DNA of 32,000 nucleotides from Planctopirus limnophila DSM 3776 (GCF_000092105.1 NC_014148.1:2820001-2852000), one strand, 5' to 3'. Shown: positions 1 to 8,150, numbered from the stretch's first letter. Made by a program: numbers and translations. Notes: generated by a model not told the origin, from the letters alone.

Positions 1-1086
1 CAGCTTGACTGCACATGGGCGAGTTAACAGCCGATGTTCGGCCAGAAAAACCTGACCCATGCCCCCTGCTCCCAATCTCCGGGCCAGTCGATACTGGCCC
101 AGCTGTCGCGCTCGGCTGACTTCCTGCCTCAAGGCAGAAATCGTGAATGTTCCCCAGATCGAAGCGAAGAGCGAAACAGCCAATGTCGTGGCCAGTTCGA
201 GGCATACCTGGAGAGTGAGAACTTCCTGAGTCCAGGGAATAGTCATTCGCAGGTAAGCAATTGTTGCCAAAGGGGCCAGTGCTAAAGGTGATAGAAGTAC
301 CGCAGCCCTCTTCCAGCCATTAGGAATCAACATCGCATAGGACATCATCACAATGATGAGGCCCAGGGTTCCATTATGCAGCAGATCGCTTAAAAGCACG
401 CTGTTTTGCAGGACACCCGCTTCTCGCATCTGGAGCAGTTGTGTCAACACGATCTGAATGGCCGGCGGGATAAAGAGCAACAGTTCGAGAAATCGAAGTC
501 TGTCCAGGGGAAGCATTCGATTTTTCAACAGAATACAAAGACAGGTGATGGAGTTCAGCAGGACAATCGCACGTAAGTATGGATAAGGCGAACTTTGCAC
601 GACCAGCGAGCGAATGAAATACGCCAGTAATCCCACACACACCAGAATAGCAGCAGCAATCAATCGCTGCTGGATCAATGTCCCGGAACGACCACGCTGT
701 CGGCCTACATCGGCATTGACCTGGCCTGGAGACAGATCTCGAACACGTTCGACTTTTCTCTTCGGAACCGGAGCAGACAACAACTTCGTCTGAGTTGTCA
801 CACCAGATGCCGAAACCGATGAACCGGTGGCATGAAGAACTTCAGGATGGTGTGGAGGCAATAACCGGGAGGCATCTGCCGACTCTGCACCACCCGACAA
901 AAGTTCATCCAGAGTTTTGAGATCGGTCCCAAAAGCCGCATGCCCCACGAGTGTGGGTTCCAGAGCCGCCTCTTCGTCGACAATGTCACCATCGTCGAAG
1001 ATCAGCTGATCTGCTGCCCGCATGCCGAACACTCCCTCATGTCCTGAATGTAGCGCAGCAGCACATGCTGCCCGGCCCTCGCTCAT
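1..1086 (-). CDS. Ser/Thr protein kinase, N-terminal part (gene runs off the left edge): disordered N-terminus, about 6 predicted TM helices, then the start of a Hanks-type kinase domain
   Basis: Absent from the supplied ORF track because it has no stop codon in the window. Manual reverse-strand translation from the ATG at 1086 stays open for all 362 codons down to position 1. It ends ...RQLGQYRLARRLGAGGMGQVFLAEHRLLTRPCAVKL, which is the GxGxxG glycine loop plus the invariant A-x-K lysine. Upstream hydrophobic segments include LIAAAILVCVGLLAYFI, AIVLLNSITCLCILL, LELLLFIPPAIQIVL, LGLIIVMMSYAMLI, VLLSPLALAPLATIAYL and LATTLAVSLFASIWGTFTI. An alternative start is the ATG at 1023, preceded by GAGGGAG. 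Confidence 0.8.
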   Translation of the reverse strand, partial: MSEGRAACAAALHSGHEGVFGMRAADQLIFDDGDIVDEEAALEPTLVGHAAFGTDLKTLDELLSGGAESADASRLLPPHHPEVLHATGSSVSASGVTTQTKLLSAPVPKRKVERVRDLSPGQVNADVGRQRGRSGTLIQQRLIAAAILVCVGLLAYFIRSLVVQSSPYPYLRAIVLLNSITCLCILLKNRMLPLDRLRFLELLLFIPPAIQIVLTQLLQMREAGVLQNSVLLSDLLHNGTLGLIIVMMSYAMLIPNGWKRAAVLLSPLALAPLATIAYLRMTIPWTQEVLTLQVCLELATTLAVSLFASIWGTFTISALRQEVSRARQLGQYRLARRLGAGGMGQVFLAEHRLLTRPCAVKL

Positions 1087-1209
1087 CAGGACATACGGGT
1101 GAAATAAAGCTCGCTCAAGAGGTAGTGCGGTCAAGGAATGCCCGTCGGAAGCACTTTCCGAGATGGAGGGAGTTCAAATTTGCCGGTTGTAGCAAATTGA
1201 GGGATTGGT

Positions 1210-1242
1210 GCTTTCAGGGAAACAACCTGGTTCCCTGAAAGC
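1210..1242 (-). terminator. Perfect 12-bp stem hairpin downstream of glyA (candidate terminator or RNA-stability element)
   Basis: GCTTTCAGGGAA (1210-1221) pairs with TTCCCTGAAAGC (1231-1242) across a 9-nt loop. It lies 63 nt past the glyA stop and upstream of the kinase start. No clear U-tract follows on the minus strand. Confidence 0.4.
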
Positions 1243-1304
1243 CACTTAAAATCCGCAGGGAGATTCAGGCAGACCGCGTCTGTTCAGAACCGCCGACTTG
1301 ATCA

Positions 1305-2561
1305 TTACAGCGCAATGCCGGGAACTGGATAATTCTTGCAGAACTCGCAGATCTCCTGGCGAATCTTGCCCAGGGTGGTTGCATCTTCCGGATGCTTGAA
1401 AATCTGCAGGATCCACTGACCGACCTGCTGCATTTCCGCTTCTTTCATTCCACGAGTCGTGAGCGCCGGTGTGCCGAGTCGAATTCCGCTGGGGTCCAGC
1501 GGCTTGCGTGTATCGTAAGGAATCATGTTTTTATTGGCGGTCACACCGGCGACATCGAGCGCATGTTCGGCGATTTTTCCAGTCAAACCGACAGATGTGA
1601 CATCACACAGCATCAGATGATTATCCGTCCCCCCAGAAGCCAGACGCACGCCCCCTGCCACTAATGTCTCAGCCAATGTGCGAGCGTTTTTGATGACCTG
1701 TTCAATATACTGTTTGAAAGCTGGCTGAGCCGCTTCACGGAAGCAGACCGCTTTACCAGCGACCACATGCTCCAGAGGCCCGCCCTGCAATCCGGGAAAG
1801 ACTGTTTTGTCGATCGTTTTGCCATGCTCTTCTTTGCAGAGGATAAACCCGGATCGGGGCCCACGCAAAGTTTTATGAGAGGTCGAAGTCACAAAGTCCG
1901 CATGGGGCACCGGACTGTTGTGCAGGCCGGCTGCCACCAATCCGGAATAATGGGCCATATCGACCATGAACAACGCACCCACCGACTTCGCAATTTCGGC
2001 GAACTTTCCATGATCGATTTCGCGAGGATAAGCACTGGCTCCGGCAATAATCAGCTTCGGCTTGTGCTCCTTTGCCAGACGAGCCACCTGATCAAAATCA
2101 ATCCGGTGATCGGACTCTCGCACACCATAATGAACTGCGTTGTACAGAATTCCCGAAAAATTCAATCCCATGCCATGCGTGAGATGGCCACCATGGGCGA
2201 GATCCATCGCCAAAAAAGTGTCTCCCGGCTTCAAAAAGCCCATAAAGACAGCCATATTGGCTTGCGAACCGGCATGAGGCTGTACGTTCGCATATTGGGC
2301 ACCGAACAGCGTGCAGGCCCGTGTTCGAGCAATGGACTCGATCGTATCGACATGCTCGCAACCACCGTAGTAACGCCGACCCGGATACCCTTCGGCATAC
2401 TTATTCGTAAGGACTGAGCCCACCGCTTCGAGCACAGACTGACTGGTGTAATTCTCTGAGGCAATCAGTTCCAGACCGTCATGCTGCCGGACTTCTTCTT
2501 GTCGAATTGCACCAGCAATCTCAGGATCTGCAGCGGTCAGCACAGGCATACGGTCGGCCAT
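1305..2561 (-). CDS. glyA: Serine hydroxymethyltransferase
   Basis: Full-length SHMT-like sequence ([42 protein letters not shown]...; [17 protein letters not shown]-lysine motif). The track start at 2564 is TTG. The ATG at 2561 is preceded by GGGAGAG. Confidence 0.97.
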   Translation of the reverse strand: MADRMPVLTAADPEIAGAIRQEEVRQHDGLELIASENYTSQSVLEAVGSVLTNKYAEGYPGRRYYGGCEHVDTIESIARTRACTLFGAQYANVQPHAGSQANMAVFMGFLKPGDTFLAMDLAHGGHLTHGMGLNFSGILYNAVHYGVRESDHRIDFDQVARLAKEHKPKLIIAGASAYPREIDHGKFAEIAKSVGALFMVDMAHYSGLVAAGLHNSPVPHADFVTSTSHKTLRGPRSGFILCKEEHGKTIDKTVFPGLQGGPLEHVVAGKAVCFREAAQPAFKQYIEQVIKNARTLAETLVAGGVRLASGGTDNHLMLCDVTSVGLTGKIAEHALDVAGVTANKNMIPYDTRKPLDPSGIRLGTPALTTRGMKEAEMQQVGQWILQIFKHPEDATTLGKIRQEICEFCKNYPVPGIAL

Positions 2562-2670
2562 CAATTACTCTCCCTGATATCAATTGCTTATTCTGATCAT
2601 CGATTTGCCAGTTTGGACAGAACGTCCTCAATGGCGCGTGCTGTACTGATCAATCTGGTCTTTGCTCCAA

Positions 2671-2699
2671 ATTATAGGCAATGCAAGCGAGCTTCGCAC
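2671..2699 (-). promoter_or_regulatory. Candidate glyA promoter (perfect TATAAT -10, weak -35)
   Basis: The minus strand reads GTGCGA-17 nt-TATAAT. TATAAT is the reverse complement of 2671-2676, about 110 nt upstream of the glyA ATG. The promoter consensus for this phylum is poorly defined. Confidence 0.25.
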
Positions 2700-2895
2700 C
2701 TGTGCTCCCTGATGGGCACGTAATTCCAGAGTATCGTGATTGCTCTCCGTGTCTTAGCACCATGAATCTGTGAAACCAATGGGCCAATTGAAGGTCGTAT
2801 CCCGGTGACGACATTTCGAAAAAGGTTGTCGCATCGGTAAATCAATTCTGGCGCGAAAAGTCAGACAAAAATGCTTTGATCCAACCTGTGGTGAA

Positions 2896-2927
2896 TTGGC
2901 AATCGAACGTTCGATCCCCCACAATAT
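2896..2927 (+). promoter_or_regulatory. MerR-type promoter/operator candidate: TTGGCA, then a 19-20 bp spacer containing a perfect 14-bp palindrome, then ACAATAT
   Basis: TTGGCA at 2896-2901. ATCGAACGTTCGAT at 2902-2915 is a perfect palindrome and extends to an 18/22 dyad at 2898-2919. A -10-like ACAATAT sits at 2921-2927. The element lies about 90 nt upstream of the gene encoding a MerR-type HTH. Confidence 0.35.
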
Positions 2928-3014
2928 CTGGATACTCCACAACTTTGCTAAACAGCAGTCAGCCGTCCGCCGGATGATCAACCTCCGCGATTTTCTTTGC
3001 TCAGGAACATTTTG

Positions 3015-4343
3015 ATGAACTCTGCGGAAACTCCGATCACCTCCGCGGAATCCACAAGTCCACTGAAAAGCACGGCTCCACTTCAAGGTGAGCGAGTCAC
3101 ATTTACGGGAACGCTGGCTTCGATGACCCACCGGGAAGCAGCCGGATATGTCGAGCAGTTTGGGGGAACTTTCACGACTCAGGTTTCCCAGCAGACAACC
3201 CTGCTGGTCGTCGGCGATGAAGGTTGGCCACTGGAAGAAGATGGTCAACCTTCGTTAAAGCTGGAGGCTGCTCGTGAACTGCTCGAACGGGGATTCCCGA
3301 TCAAAATTCTGAGCGAACCCGAATGGCTGCAGTTGATTGAGCTGGAAAGCCCTTCTCCAGCAGATCGCAGGGTTTTTACGCCAGCCATGCTGAGTCAGTT
3401 AATGAAACTTCCCGTTTCGCGCATCCGTCATTGGGAACGCCTGGGACTCATTCGACCAGTTCGACGAGTTTGCCGATTGCCTTACTTCGACTTTCAGGAA
3501 GTGACGGGGGTTCGCCGACTGGCAGATCTGATTTCTACCGGGATTTCTCCCAAGAAAATCGGAGCCAGCCTGGAGAAGCTGAAGTCGCTGCTCCCCACGA
3601 TTGAAAGACCTCTGGCTCAACTCGAAATTCTCTCGCAAGACCATCAACTTTACATTCGGGACGCTGCCAGCCTGCTGGATCCCCAGACAGGTCAGCGGAT
3701 CTTTGATTTCCATGAAATCACTCTCAGCGACGGCGAAAGTTCGGCAAACAAGCTGGAATCAGACGATGGTTCCGCTTCTGAAAATACGCTGACAATCCCC
3801 TTTCCTGGCCATACCAAAGCGATTCATGGCCTGCAGAATCCCTCCAGAAACTGGGGAGCCAATGAATGGGCTCATGCCGGTTCAACATTGCTCGACTCCG
3901 GCGAAACAGTGGCCGCCATCCAGGCTTTTCGCAGAGCCTTGCTGCTGGCTCCTCACGAAGCCTCGATTCATTTTCAATTAGCCGATGCCTTATACCGCTC
4001 TGGAAATTATGCGGGAGCCGCAGAACGGTATCATGTGGCTGTGGAATGCGATGCCGAGTATATCGAGGCCTGGACGCAACTGGGGTGTGTCCTGGCACAA
4101 ATGGGTGATACCAAGGCAGCCAGCGAAGCGTTTGAAGCTGCCCTGCTGCTCCACCCGGATTATCCCGATGCTCATCTGCATCTGGCAGAACTTTTTGAGC
4201 AGATCGGCCAGCATTTGAAAGCCCGTCCTCATTGGCTGCGCTATCTCGACTTCGACAACCGCGGGCCATGGGCCGATATGGCCAGAGAACGATTGGAACG
4301 ATCTCATGGTGATGCTTCTGAATCCCCACTTGAAAACCTGTAA
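3015..4343 (+). CDS. BRCT domain / MerR-type HTH / TPR-repeat fusion protein
   Basis: The N-terminus resembles the LigA BRCT domain (GERVTFTGTLASMTHREAAGYVEQFGGTFTTQVSQQTTLLVVGD...IKILSEPEWLQLI). The middle is a MerR-like HTH (FTPAMLSQLMKLPVSRIRHWERLGLIRP...YFDFQEVTGVRRLADLISTGISPKKI). The C-terminus has 3-4 TPR repeats (AIQAFRRALLLAPHEA..., AAERYHVAVECDAEYIEAW..., ASEAFEAALLLHPDYPDAH...). The ATG at 3015 follows AGGAA with a 7-nt gap. The track start at 2997 is TTG. Confidence 0.8.
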   Translation: MNSAETPITSAESTSPLKSTAPLQGERVTFTGTLASMTHREAAGYVEQFGGTFTTQVSQQTTLLVVGDEGWPLEEDGQPSLKLEAARELLERGFPIKILSEPEWLQLIELESPSPADRRVFTPAMLSQLMKLPVSRIRHWERLGLIRPVRRVCRLPYFDFQEVTGVRRLADLISTGISPKKIGASLEKLKSLLPTIERPLAQLEILSQDHQLYIRDAASLLDPQTGQRIFDFHEITLSDGESSANKLESDDGSASENTLTIPFPGHTKAIHGLQNPSRNWGANEWAHAGSTLLDSGETVAAIQAFRRALLLAPHEASIHFQLADALYRSGNYAGAAERYHVAVECDAEYIEAWTQLGCVLAQMGDTKAASEAFEAALLLHPDYPDAHLHLAELFEQIGQHLKARPHWLRYLDFDNRGPWADMARERLERSHGDASESPLENL

Positions 4344-4552
4344 GAATTCAGATCACCCGTCAATCTGGCGAGGATAGAGAACACGGGCCAATTCCAAGGC
4401 GACTTTCATGAGAGTTGCACAGTTCAATTCTGATGAGTTGTCATTGTAGAGAATTCTCGACTGGGCTAAATTTCAACTCAAGTTGATGGCAGCGAGATTC
4501 TCAGATCGACCTGACGGGATGTCGGGGTAGAACAGACAGGGAGGTTTCAAAC

Positions 4553-5395
4553 ATGCGTGCGAGCTCCCAGGGGTCATTCACCACACTGTTACTACTCGTA
4601 CCAGTCCTGGCAGTGCCACTCTTTGCGATTTTTGGCCTTCCGGAAATTTCGACGGATACTCATCAGACGTCGCTCGAAGAAGAGTTCCCGGAACTCTCGG
4701 ATGTAACGCCGCTGGCCTCCGACGCTAAAGCTTTTGGTGCTGGGGCATTACCTTCTGAGACATCGTCTGCCCTGCCAGCAAGCACTACGCCTCTCACCGA
4801 ACATCCCGAGGGAGTGGCCGGAAATTCAGAGCCTCCACTTTGGAGTAATAATCAAGGGAGCAATAATCAAAACCCTCCTGATCAGAAAGCGCCCGGGACC
4901 ACTCCTGCCGATGCTGGCGCGATGGCCTGGGCCGATACAACCTCTCCACCCGTCGGAACTGCACCACGAACACTGCCCAACGCATCCGCATCTCCATTAA
5001 GCAATTCTGAATTGCATGGCATGGTCCACGGGGAGTTTGCAGAACATGAGATCGATGGCTCCCCTGCAACAGGTGTGATTCCTGCTGGCAACACAGAAAT
5101 TGCTGTCGCTCCCCAGACTCCTGGAAAAATGGGCGGAAAGAAGTCATCCCGCGAAAAGCCAGCAGATACTCCCCCTTTAACCTGGCAAGATGCCGTGCAG
5201 AGGCTCCACGCATTACAGATTCGAAACTTCCGCCTCGAACCTGGTGCTGAACCTTCCGTGTTCGTATTCATCTGCTCATACACACCGGCAGACAACCCAC
5301 GGATTTCGTACCGTTTTGAAGCCGAGGCTAACGAACCACTCAAAGCTGTCGAGAAGGTTCTTCAGCAGATTGAAGAGTGGAGTTCCTCACGATGA
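4553..5395 (+). CDS. Hypothetical membrane-anchored protein (N-terminal TM, long Pro/Ser/Thr/Ala-rich region, about 80-aa C-terminal globular part)
   Basis: GGGAGG at 4539-4544 lies 8 nt before the ATG. The TM segment is FTTLLLLVPVLAVPLFAIFGL. The stop overlaps the scpB start (ATGA at 5392-5395). I recognise no family. Confidence 0.6.
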   Translation: MRASSQGSFTTLLLLVPVLAVPLFAIFGLPEISTDTHQTSLEEEFPELSDVTPLASDAKAFGAGALPSETSSALPASTTPLTEHPEGVAGNSEPPLWSNNQGSNNQNPPDQKAPGTTPADAGAMAWADTTSPPVGTAPRTLPNASASPLSNSELHGMVHGEFAEHEIDGSPATGVIPAGNTEIAVAPQTPGKMGGKKSSREKPADTPPLTWQDAVQRLHALQIRNFRLEPGAEPSVFVFICSYTPADNPRISYRFEAEANEPLKAVEKVLQQIEEWSSSR

Positions 5396-6147
5396 GCATG
5401 CCCCTGCCCTGGGCTCGCACTTCGGGAAACTTTCAGCAAAACAATTCGTGGCAGGTCAATCACGAACATCGCTGGAAGCAAGGCCACTCGGCTTCGTCAT
5501 TTCAGTGGTTGATCCAACCGCAATCACCCGCCGGCCCGCCTGCTCATATCTTTGGACTGGAACAAAGCCCCGGCTCAGCCAGTTCTGTACGAACATCCCG
5601 GCTGGCGAGATTGGAAGCGATTCTCTTTGTCGCCGATGGCCCGCTTCCTATCAAAAAGCTGACCAACTTAGCCAGCCTCACAGATGTTCGAGAAGCCGAG
5701 CAAATGATTCGCTGGCTCAACCAGAGTTATCAGTTCACCCACAGTCCCTATCAGATTTACCCTCTGGCGGGCGGATACCAGCTTCTGACAAACCCTGATT
5801 ATCAGCCCTGGCTCACTCGCCTGAACACAACTCGCAAAGCTCCCCAACTGACACCATCCACATTAGAAACATTGGCAATCATCGCGTATCGGCAACCAGT
5901 CACACGTGCCGATGTCGAGCAGATACGTGGTGTGCAGTGTGTCGATATTCTCAAACAACTGATGGAAGACGGGTATGTCCGTCTGGCAGGTGAAGACGCA
6001 AGCCTAGGCCGGCCTTACCTTTATGAAACAACGAAGAAGTTTCTGGAGGAATTGGGGCTGGCCAGTCTGGATGACCTTCCCCATCGCGATGCTTTTCCAT
6101 CTCGCCACTCGAATACCAACAATGGGAAGAGTGAAAAAGCTGCGTAA
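5392..6147 (+). CDS. scpB: Segregation and condensation protein B (SMC-ScpAB subunit) with an N-terminal extension of about 70 aa
   Basis: ScpB-like winged-helix repeats: LEAILFVADGPLPIKKL..., LETLAIIAYRQPVTRADVEQIRGVQCVDILKQLMEDGYV, LGRPYLYETTKKFLEELGL. The start is chosen at the ATGA overlap with the upstream gene. The track start at 5377 is GTG. Confidence 0.85.
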   Translation: MSMPLPWARTSGNFQQNNSWQVNHEHRWKQGHSASSFQWLIQPQSPAGPPAHIFGLEQSPGSASSVRTSRLARLEAILFVADGPLPIKKLTNLASLTDVREAEQMIRWLNQSYQFTHSPYQIYPLAGGYQLLTNPDYQPWLTRLNTTRKAPQLTPSTLETLAIIAYRQPVTRADVEQIRGVQCVDILKQLMEDGYVRLAGEDASLGRPYLYETTKKFLEELGLASLDDLPHRDAFPSRHSNTNNGKSEKAA

Positions 6148-6191
6148 GATAATCGCGGTATGCTGGTCGTGACGAGCAGCCAAGATCGTTG

Positions 6192-6213
6192 TCAAGCATC
6201 TGGCTTGATTTTC
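6192..6213 (+). terminator. Candidate intrinsic terminator after scpB
   Basis: TCAAGC-atctg-GCTTGA (6192-6208) is followed by TTTTC and further T-rich sequence (ATTATTTTTCAATTTTC), 45 nt after the scpB stop. The stem is short (6 bp). Confidence 0.35.
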
Positions 6214-6359
6214 GAGATTATTTTTCAATTTTCTCGTGATTTTTCTTGGCGAACCCATCAGCCATTTTTATTGTGTAGTCGTGGTCGAACGTCTCATTTC
6301 ATATGGTTCGTTGCCGCTCTTTTCCAAACTGGCGATGATTCCCTTCTGGAGGCTTCCAA

Positions 6360-6551
6360 ATGTCCTCACTTGCCGCCACAAAAGTTGATTCGGGTGCGAA
6401 TGTTGATCTTGTCGAAGAGCTTCGTCTGAGAGCTTGGGCTCGCTCTCATTATGAACCTGCCGACCGCCGTAGTCGTCGACTGCATCCCATTGTGCTGGAT
6501 GAAATGCAACGCAAGGATCAGGAGCAGATCACTCCCAGCCATCCCAGGTAA
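6360..6551 (+). CDS. Small hypothetical protein (63 aa, charged)
   Basis: GGAGG at 6348-6352 lies 7 nt upstream of the ATG. The sequence is non-repetitive (MSSLAATKVDSGANVDLVEELRLRAWARSHYEPADRRSRRLHPIVLDEMQRK...). I recognise no family. Confidence 0.4.
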   Translation: MSSLAATKVDSGANVDLVEELRLRAWARSHYEPADRRSRRLHPIVLDEMQRKDQEQITPSHPR

Positions 6552-6664
6552 TCAGCAATTCAATCTGTTTTGCGATTTCGCTGAATGGGCATCAACGAAA
6601 AGTGCCACTGGAGAATTTCGCTTTCGGCGAGCTTCCCCAATGGCACATTTTCATTAGCAGACAT

Positions 6665-6681
6665 GGAACGCATGACGTTCC
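6665..6681. terminator. Short hairpin between convergent genes
   Basis: GGAACG-catga-CGTTCC lies 12 nt beyond the stop of the minus-strand gene at 6693 and about 115 nt beyond the small plus-strand ORF. The flanks are only weakly T-rich. Confidence 0.25.
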
Positions 6682-6692
6682 GTGTTATTCAA

Positions 6693-7346
6693 TTAACGGC
6701 GAATTGTCGCACCATCGCGCACAGCAGTCCCGGGTTGAGATCCGGTTGACGCACCCTGTGGTGCACTCCCCTGAATCGTGCTCGTGGCGGGTGTTGCGGA
6801 GGGATCGGGCTGTGTGGGTGACGACCAGTTGGAGACAGCCCAATGGGGGTGTGTCGAAACCACTGTCGCTCCCAGATCATCCAGATCGGCACGGAATGAT
6901 GCTGAGGTGATGTCCGTATTCGGAATCACTCGCTGCAACACGAACCGGCGATTGCTGGCGATGTAAGCAAAGAACTTGCCCTTGCCCAGCTTGTCGTTAT
7001 CAGCCAGCAGCCTGAGCAGTGCCGTACGAGGCACATCAGCAGCCGAGCGTGGAAGTTCATCCAGCCAGGCCATAATCCATACCACAGAGCGATCCATGCT
7101 GAGCACAGTGCTCATGGAAAGTTCCCATTCGTCGTTATTGACATTCGCTTTAAAAACAAAGTCATAACGCTTGTCGAACAGTTTTGCTTCGAGCCCCATG
7201 GCCTTGAGCAGCGTTCCCAGACTTTCGTCGCTCAGTTGGCCACGGGCAGCACTTTCCTGAGCCTGCAGCACTTTCGTCGCAGCAGGAACAGTGACCGCCA
7301 CAGCAGCAGCCCCCAACAGGGATCGACGAGTTAAACCATCACTCAT
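6693..7346 (-). CDS. Tat-signal secreted hypothetical protein
   Basis: From the ATG at 7346 (AAGGAG 8 nt upstream) the protein starts MSDGLTRRSLLGAAAVAVTVPAA, a twin-arginine motif plus hydrophobic region. It has a globular middle and a Ser/Thr/Pro/Gly-rich C-terminus. The track start at 7397 is further upstream. Confidence 0.7.
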   Translation of the reverse strand: MSDGLTRRSLLGAAAVAVTVPAATKVLQAQESAARGQLSDESLGTLLKAMGLEAKLFDKRYDFVFKANVNNDEWELSMSTVLSMDRSVVWIMAWLDELPRSAADVPRTALLRLLADNDKLGKGKFFAYIASNRRFVLQRVIPNTDITSASFRADLDDLGATVVSTHPHWAVSNWSSPTQPDPSATPATSTIQGSAPQGASTGSQPGTAVRDGATIRR

Positions 7347-7478
7347 TCTCGACACTCCTTTGTCGCTTCCAGACATCCATGCGCTTGGGCCAACCATTCA
7401 AATTCCCTTGAGCGGTCGGCAATAACTGCAGCCACCGTCATTTTCAACAGGCCTGAACAGCCAGACTCTCTCGCGGAG

Positions 7479-8117
7479 TCAGACTTTTGCGAACAAAGAC
7501 TTGAGACAAATCTGCGACCAGGTCTCAAAATCCTCAATTTCAGCAACCAATTGTGACGGCGGGGCAAATCCTGACTCTAAGATCGACTCTTCCCGTGGGC
7601 GAACTTTTGCCGCTTCTAACTCAAAAACGTGGACAATCCCCAAATGGACGCGTCCCACATCGCTGGAGTCGTCGTTAATCAGGCCCACGCAACGCTCTTT
7701 AAACCCTGTCTCCAGAAAGACTTCCTCTTCAATTTCCCGCTCCATTGCCGGGCCATAACGCCGCTCTCCTCCCGCCGGATCTGTCGACGAGATATGCCCG
7801 CCAATTCCGATCGATCGTTTCTTGTGCAGCCTGCCCTCTCCCCCCTTGCTACCACGGCGATAATAAAAGATCTCTCCACCATGTGTAAAAATACAGTAAG
7901 GAATCAGCTGTTTCAGCGACGGATCGGTTTCGACGGCACTCCGTGGCTCATACCGCGTATGAGCAGGATTCAGCAGTTCTGCCAGATACTTGTCTGTCTC
8001 CGCACAGAAACCTTCAAAGTGACCCAGATCGTGGAAAATTTTCGTGGGGACGACCAGCACATGCTCTTCCAAAACATTCTCCAGTTTTGAACTCTGTCGA
8101 GGGGGTGGTATGTCCAT
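7479..8117 (-). CDS. Nudix-fold hydrolase-like protein (COG4112/YmaB-like by memory)
   Basis: Nudix-box-like stretch GIGGHISSTDPAGGERRYGPAMEREIEEEV. The size is 212 aa. It lies 33 nt downstream of trpC on the same strand. Confidence 0.55.
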   Translation of the reverse strand: MDIPPPRQSSKLENVLEEHVLVVPTKIFHDLGHFEGFCAETDKYLAELLNPAHTRYEPRSAVETDPSLKQLIPYCIFTHGGEIFYYRRGSKGGEGRLHKKRSIGIGGHISSTDPAGGERRYGPAMEREIEEEVFLETGFKERCVGLINDDSSDVGRVHLGIVHVFELEAAKVRPREESILESGFAPPSQLVAEIEDFETWSQICLKSLFAKV

Positions 8118-8150
8118 CAGTTCGATGGAGTTAAAGCGGGTTCTCTGCTG

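Noticed and set aside
374-1238. Track ORFs 374..640 (-), 798..992 (-) and 951..1238 (+)
   Set aside because: All lie inside, or out of frame with, the 362-codon kinase reading frame that is open from 1086 to 1. Their translations look random. They are shadow ORFs.
1392-2464. Antisense and alternative-frame ORFs within glyA, for example 1767..2417 (+, 216 aa)
   Set aside because: They overlap an unambiguous SHMT gene. Their products are Arg/His/Cys-rich nonsense, typical of frames opposite a strongly biased gene.
2562-2760. Possible riboswitch (ZTP/pfl, THF or glycine type) in the glyA 5' leader
   Set aside because: I read the roughly 110-nt leader on the minus strand. I found none of the conserved cores I remember, such as the GGGTCGTGAC...CCGCCTGGGC-type ZTP elements. 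Only an Infernal/Rfam scan could settle this.
2754-3248. 164-aa minus-strand ORF spanning the glyA/BRCT-gene intergenic region
   Set aside because: It overlaps the well-supported start of the BRCT-MerR-TPR gene on the opposite strand. It has no RBS and an unconvincing Cys/Arg/Trp-rich sequence.
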